A stretch of DNA of 64,000 nucleotides from Eledone cirrhosa. Lineage: Eukaryota. The stretch is from NCBI GenBank assembly GCA_964016885.1, contig OZ024757.1, positions 25,544,001 through 25,608,000 of the forward strand, given 5' to 3'. Below, one piece after another: positions 57,431 to 64,000 of this stretch (position 1 is the stretch's first letter; each line of letters starts with the position of its first letter). The position numbers and the translations under genes are program-made. A model generated the notes under the pieces. The model was not told the DNA's origin. It saw only the letters and a list, made by a program, of their open reading frames with translations, and did no database searches.

Positions 57431-57532
57431 TGCATAACTAAAAGTTTGTAGATAGCTGTTTTAGGTTATGTAACTGTTATAGAAACACGTGTCAATAAAT
57501 TCCTTTCAACTAAACTGTATCCATTCAAATCT

Positions 57533-57603
<71 letters not shown>

Positions 57604-57605
<2 letters not shown>

Positions 57606-58078
57606 CAATATTAAATAAATGGAAACTATATTTATAAAACCATATTTATTTCATTATATATATTTCGGGGATATCATATTAACAATATGCTATGCCTTCC
57701 TCAGACAAAATACAATATAAACAGTTTTATAGATAAATAGATTCGACATACCGTTATAACACCGACTTCCATTTGAAGAGGTTTAAGCTGGCAGTCACTT
57801 CCAGCTTAAACCTCTTCAAATGGAAGTCGGTGTTATAACGGTATGTCGAATCTATTTATCTATAAAACTGTTTATATTGTATTTTGTCTGAGGAAGGCAT
57901 AGCATATTGTTAATATGATATCCCCGAAATATATATAATGAAATAAATATGGTTTTATAAATATAGTTTCCATTTATTTAATATTGTAAATATACTCCAA
58001 ATATTTGTCGAGTGCTTTTATATCAGTTATAAATATTTACTAGTTGTAACCCAACAATTTTAAATATAACTTTCCATG
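57604..58078. mobile_element. Family A fold-back element with HHR at 57880-57945 (CTGAGGA)
   Basis: Palindrome ~57604-57988 with a small loop at ~57792-57800, plus tail. Confidence 0.88.
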
Positions 58079-58090
58079 TATTTATATATA

Positions 58091-58154
<64 letters not shown>

Positions 58155-58157
<3 letters not shown>

Positions 58158-58555
58158 GGAGGTGAGTTTTATTGTAGTACAATAAAGCAATGCAGATATC
58201 GGATAAGAAGCCCTCTACAGTTTGTAGGACTGGAGTATACATAATATATAAGAACAAAAGATGGTTAAAAGAGTTCCATGTATTTTATTATGCGCATTTC
58301 AAAAACAAATATCATCATGAGATGATATCTGCGTTTTCATCAGATAAAACATGAAGACATGATATGAAGGTTAAAAAACACCTGTGGATAGTTCAGTTTT
58401 AAATCAACATATCAGGTGTTTTTTAACCTTCATATCATGTCTTCATGTTTTATCTGATGAAAACACAAATATTATTGCATGATGATATTTGTTTTTGAAA
58501 TGCGCATAATAAAATACATGGAACTCTTTTAACCATCTTCTGTTCTTATATATTA
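58155..58555. mobile_element. Family B fold-back element with HHRs at 58446-58516 (+) and ~58281-58351 (-)
   Basis: Same arms as the 7078-7495 copy. Confidence 0.88.
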
Positions 58556-58586
58556 TATATATATATATATATATATTTATTATATT

Positions 58587-58617
<31 letters not shown>

Positions 58618-58657
58618 ATATTTTTTTTATATATATATATATATTTGTAAATTTTTA

Positions 58658-58951
<294 letters not shown>

Positions 58952-59037
58952 AATATATATATATGTATAAATATATATATATATTTATATACATATTTAT
59001 ATATATATTTATATATATATATATATATATTTATATA

Positions 59038-59530
59038 TACGATATTAAATAAATGGAAATTATATTTATAAAACCATATTTATTTCATTATATATATTTC
59101 AGGGATATCATATTAAAGGCATAACATATTGTTAATATGATATCCCTGAAATATATATAATGAAATAAATATGGTTTTATAAATATAATTTCCATTTATT
59201 TAATATCGTAAATATACTCCAAATACTTGTTGAGTGCTTTTATATCAGTTATAAATATTTACTCGTTGTAACCCAACAATTTAAATATAACTTTCCATGT
59301 ATATTTATATATATATATTTATATTTCAGGGATATCATATTAAGGGCATAACATATTGTTAATATGATATCCCTGAAATATATATAATGAAATAAATATG
59401 GTTTTATAAATATAATTTCCATTTATTTAATATCGTAAATATACTCCAAATACTTGGTGAGTGCTTTTATATCAGTTATAAATATTTACTCGTTGTAACC
59501 CAACAATTTAAATATAACTTTCCATGTATA
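59038..59530. mobile_element. Two short family A fold-backs lacking the CTGA box
   Basis: Copies at ~59038-59300 and ~59320-59530 resume at aggcataacatattg, just after the missing core. Confidence 0.8.
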
Positions 59531-59552
59531 TTTATATATATATATTTATATT

Positions 59553-59604
<52 letters not shown>

Positions 59605-59735
59605 TATATATATATTTACGGTTACGTAAGGAAGAAACATTGTAAGCCAATAAAAATCTTTTGATGTTGTAGACGCTCTTGTGTTATTTATCATATATAT
59701 ATTTATATATATATTTATATATATATTTATATATA

Positions 59736-59786
<51 letters not shown>

Positions 59787-59812
59787 ATTTATTTATATAT
59801 ATATATTTGATT

Positions 59813-59843
<31 letters not shown>

Positions 59844-59866
59844 ATTTATATATATTTATATATATA

Positions 59867-59943
<77 letters not shown>

Positions 59944-59947
59944 TTTA

Positions 59948-59980
<33 letters not shown>

Positions 59981-60034
59981 ATGAGTTCTTCATACGGATT
60001 GGACACTACCATACATTTTGGTAGATTTATCTAC

Positions 60035-60138
<104 letters not shown>

Positions 60139-60249
60139 ATTTATATTTATATTTATATATATATTTATATATATATATATTTATTTATATATATATATTT
60201 ATTTATATATATATATTTATATATATATTTATTTATATATATATATATT

Positions 60250-60338
<89 letters not shown>

Positions 60339-60357
60339 TTATATATATTTATATATT

Positions 60358-60390
<33 letters not shown>

Positions 60391-60505
60391 ATATATTTAT
60401 ATATATTTATATATTTATATATATTTATATATATATATATATATTTATATATTTATATATATTTATATATTTATATATATATATTTATATATATTTATAT
60501 ATATA

Positions 60506-60574
<69 letters not shown>

Positions 60575-60578
<4 letters not shown>

Positions 60579-61083
60579 ATGTTTAACTCCGGCGGCAGAG
60601 CTCAAGCCGCTTCGACGGCTATTTCTGGACTAAATTGAATTTTTAGCGTGGTAATAAATAGCCGAAGGGGTAATTCCTTATATGGGAAGATTATAGTTGT
60701 CAAAAGTATCGGTCAAAATTTCTTGTAAACACAATTAAATCTTTCATGGCAGTGGGTGGGAGGTGGGGATGGCTGAACTTGCCAGTAGAACAATGAGGAA
60801 GAGAGTGGAGCCGGGCAAGCGTTGAAGATTTTTTCGCCTGCTTTCTACTTAGCCTAATTTCATACACACTCCTTAGAATTTGCTGTATAGAATTCACTTT
60901 CAACGCTTTAAAAGTTCGGCTATTTATTACCACGCTAAAAATTTACTCCAGAAATAGCCGTCGAAACGGCTTGAGCTCTGCCCCGTCGGGGTTAAACATT
61001 TTCCTATTACCCACTCTACTACCATAAGTATTGAGTACTCTGGTGCGTTATGGTCCATCTGGTTCCTTACCTCACTTCCTTCG

Positions 61084-61085
<2 letters not shown>
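60575..61085. mobile_element. Family E element with a ~250-bp spacer between its arms
   Basis: Arms ~60575-60666 and ~60916-61003, plus tail. Confidence 0.8.
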
Positions 61086-61156
<71 letters not shown>

Positions 61157-61253
61157 TGTATATATATATATATATATGTATGTATATGAACACATACAAA
61201 AATAAGGAAATGTCTATACATGTTTGAGTGTCCTTATGAATATGTGTATATGT

Positions 61254-61285
<32 letters not shown>

Positions 61286-62224
61286 GCGTGTATGTTCTTT
61301 ATTGACACAGTCGTCCGTTAATAGTAATAAACCATTTATATAGTTTATTGTATATATATATACATGTACATGTATGTGTTTTTATATACATATATATATA
61401 TAAATGTTTCTATATGTCTGTGTGTATATGTAAGTGTGTGTATGTGTGAATGTGTGCATGTGTGTCTGTATGTATATATGTATGTGTGTATAGGTGTATT
61501 CGTGTGTATATGTATGTATGTATGTATATATGTGTAAATGTATGTGTATATGTATGTGTGTATATATTTGTATATGTATGTGCATATGTATGTGTATATA
61601 TATGAGTGTATACATGTATATATGTATGTGTATATATATGAGTGTATACATGTAGATATGTATGTGTGTATATGTATGTGTATGTATGCATGTGTGCATA
61701 TATATGTGTATATATGTGTGTATATGTATATATGTATGTGGATATATATGTGTATATATGTATGCGTATATATATATATGTATGTGTATGTATGTGGATA
61801 TATATGGATATATGTGTGTATATGTATGTATATGTATATATGTATGTGTATGTATGTATGTGGATATATATATGTGTGTATATGTATATGTATGTGTACC
61901 CTAATAATACACAGTCGTTACTAGTAATAAATCGTTGATATATTTTATTTAAAACTGTCTTGGACTAATCTGATTGGTTGAATCAGATTTCACTTTACTC
62001 CTACAAATTGATTTCTTTCTATTTTTCCATTTTCTCATTTCCTCTTCCGGAATTCACTTTTATTTACAAACACACAAACACACACACACATACATACACC
62101 ATACACACACACACACACACACAAACACAAACACACACACACACATACACCATACACACGCTCACACATGCACACACACATATATATGGTATATGTAGCT
62201 GTATATATATATATACATGTATGT

Positions 62225-62292
<68 letters not shown>

Positions 62293-62327
62293 GTTTATAT
62301 ATATATATATATATGTATGTATGTGTT

Positions 62328-62360
<33 letters not shown>

Positions 62361-62406
62361 TTATATATATATATATGTATGTATGTGTTTATATATATAT
62401 GTATGT

Positions 62407-62444
<38 letters not shown>

Positions 62445-62522
62445 GTATGTGTTTTTATATATATATATATATATATATTAACAATATTAATAAATGGAAA
62501 AAATCATTTATAATACCATATT

Positions 62523-62583
62523 TATTTTATTATACGTAATTTCAAGGACACAAAGTTTTTGTGTGCTTTCATCAGATAAAATA
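62523..62583 (-). ncRNA. Hammerhead motif, family A-related variant
   Basis: Minus strand: tattttat-CTGATGA-aag-c-acacaaa-aac-tttgtgt-c-ctt-GAAA-ttacgta-TA^-ataaaata. Stem I is a perfect 8 bp. Confidence 0.85.
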
Positions 62584-62984
62584 TAATATTTGGTGTTAAG
62601 ATATTGACATACCATAGCATAGTCTTAATAGTATAAGCCCGCTATATATATATGAAATGTACAGTGGGTAATATGAAGAGACAGGACCCCGACGGTTGCG
62701 CTCCGGCCGTTTCGATAGCTAGATCAGTTCGGATCTAGCTGTCCACCCCATTGGAAAAATCACTCAACTGTGTGTGTTTCTATGTACAACGGCATTGGGC
62801 CCAAATGTTGGAGCCATTATGGGTGTAGGATGTTTACATGTGAAACATAACTATTCCAGATTTGGGGGCAATGCACCATTGAAGGTCTAAGATGTTTGGG
62901 TGCTTGTGTCAGCAACGGCAGCACAACTCATTACCGGTAGTATTTCATTGTGAAGTAGATATATTTATATACAAATACATGTCT

Positions 62985-63024
<40 letters not shown>

Positions 63025-63027
63025 AAA

Positions 63028-63266
63028 TCAAAAGATGGTTAAAAGAGTTCCATGTATTTTATTATGCGCATTTCAAAAACAAATATCATCATGGGATGAT
63101 ATTTGCGTTCTCATCAGATAAAATAGGGTGACATGATGATATGAAGCTTAAAAAACACTTGCGAGCAGTGAAGTGTCAAATCAACATATTTTTTTTATTA
63201 TTTATACTCCAGTCCTATAAACTGTTGAGTGCTACTTATCCGATATTTGCATTGCTTTATTGTGCT

Positions 63267-63270
<4 letters not shown>
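63028..63270. mobile_element. Family B copy with HHR at 63055-63125 (-)
   Basis: Minus strand: tattttat-CTGATGA-gaacgcaaatatcatc...gatgatatttgttttt-GAAA-tgcgca-TA^-ataaaata. Confidence 0.85.
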
Positions 63271-63329
<59 letters not shown>

Positions 63330-63366
63330 CTGTCGAAACGGCCGGAGCTCAGCCGTCGGGTCCTGG

Positions 63367-63939
<573 letters not shown>

Positions 63940-64000
63940 CTGTCAACCCAAGAAAAAAAAACGATAATGAATTAAATAAATGTCTCCCCTTTTCACACAC

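Larger units (their letters stand above)
53190..57538 (+). mobile_element. Penelope-like retroelement, near full length, inserted in (TA)n
   Basis: Inverted pLTR at 53190-53813, direct truncated pLTR at 53812-53998 (matches 57351-57537), then the RT-GIY-YIG ORF and a 3' pLTR ending in (TA)n. Confidence 0.95.

Overview
Eukaryotic, AT-rich, microsatellite-saturated window with no recognisable host exon. The SINE families and the (TA)n/(CA)n/(GA)n load suggest an octopod cephalopod (inference). Almost all listed ORFs are microsatellite translation artefacts. The one real coding unit is a near-intact Penelope-like retroelement (PLE, 53190-57538): RT plus a Cys-rich linker plus a C-terminal GIY-YIG endonuclease, broken only by two single-A insertions in poly-A runs, with an inverted+direct pseudo-LTR arrangement and (TA)n flanks. 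The main hidden signal is that most short 'unique' islands between (TA)n tracts are 100-500 bp fold-back or truncated elements carrying type-I hammerhead ribozyme (HHR) motifs. I traced by eye more than 20 motif copies from roughly a dozen dissimilar sequence families, including a U3-A8 compensatory core variant and G17 variants. Also present: two tRNA-derived SINE families, a SINE-derived 95-bp/193-bp hairpin satellite, RTE and CR1 LINE 3' fragments, two pogo/Tc1-like MITEs, a 5'-truncated tRNA-Pro relic and a candidate RFX X-box. Family letters are my own labels, all pairings were done manually, and element boundaries are approximate.
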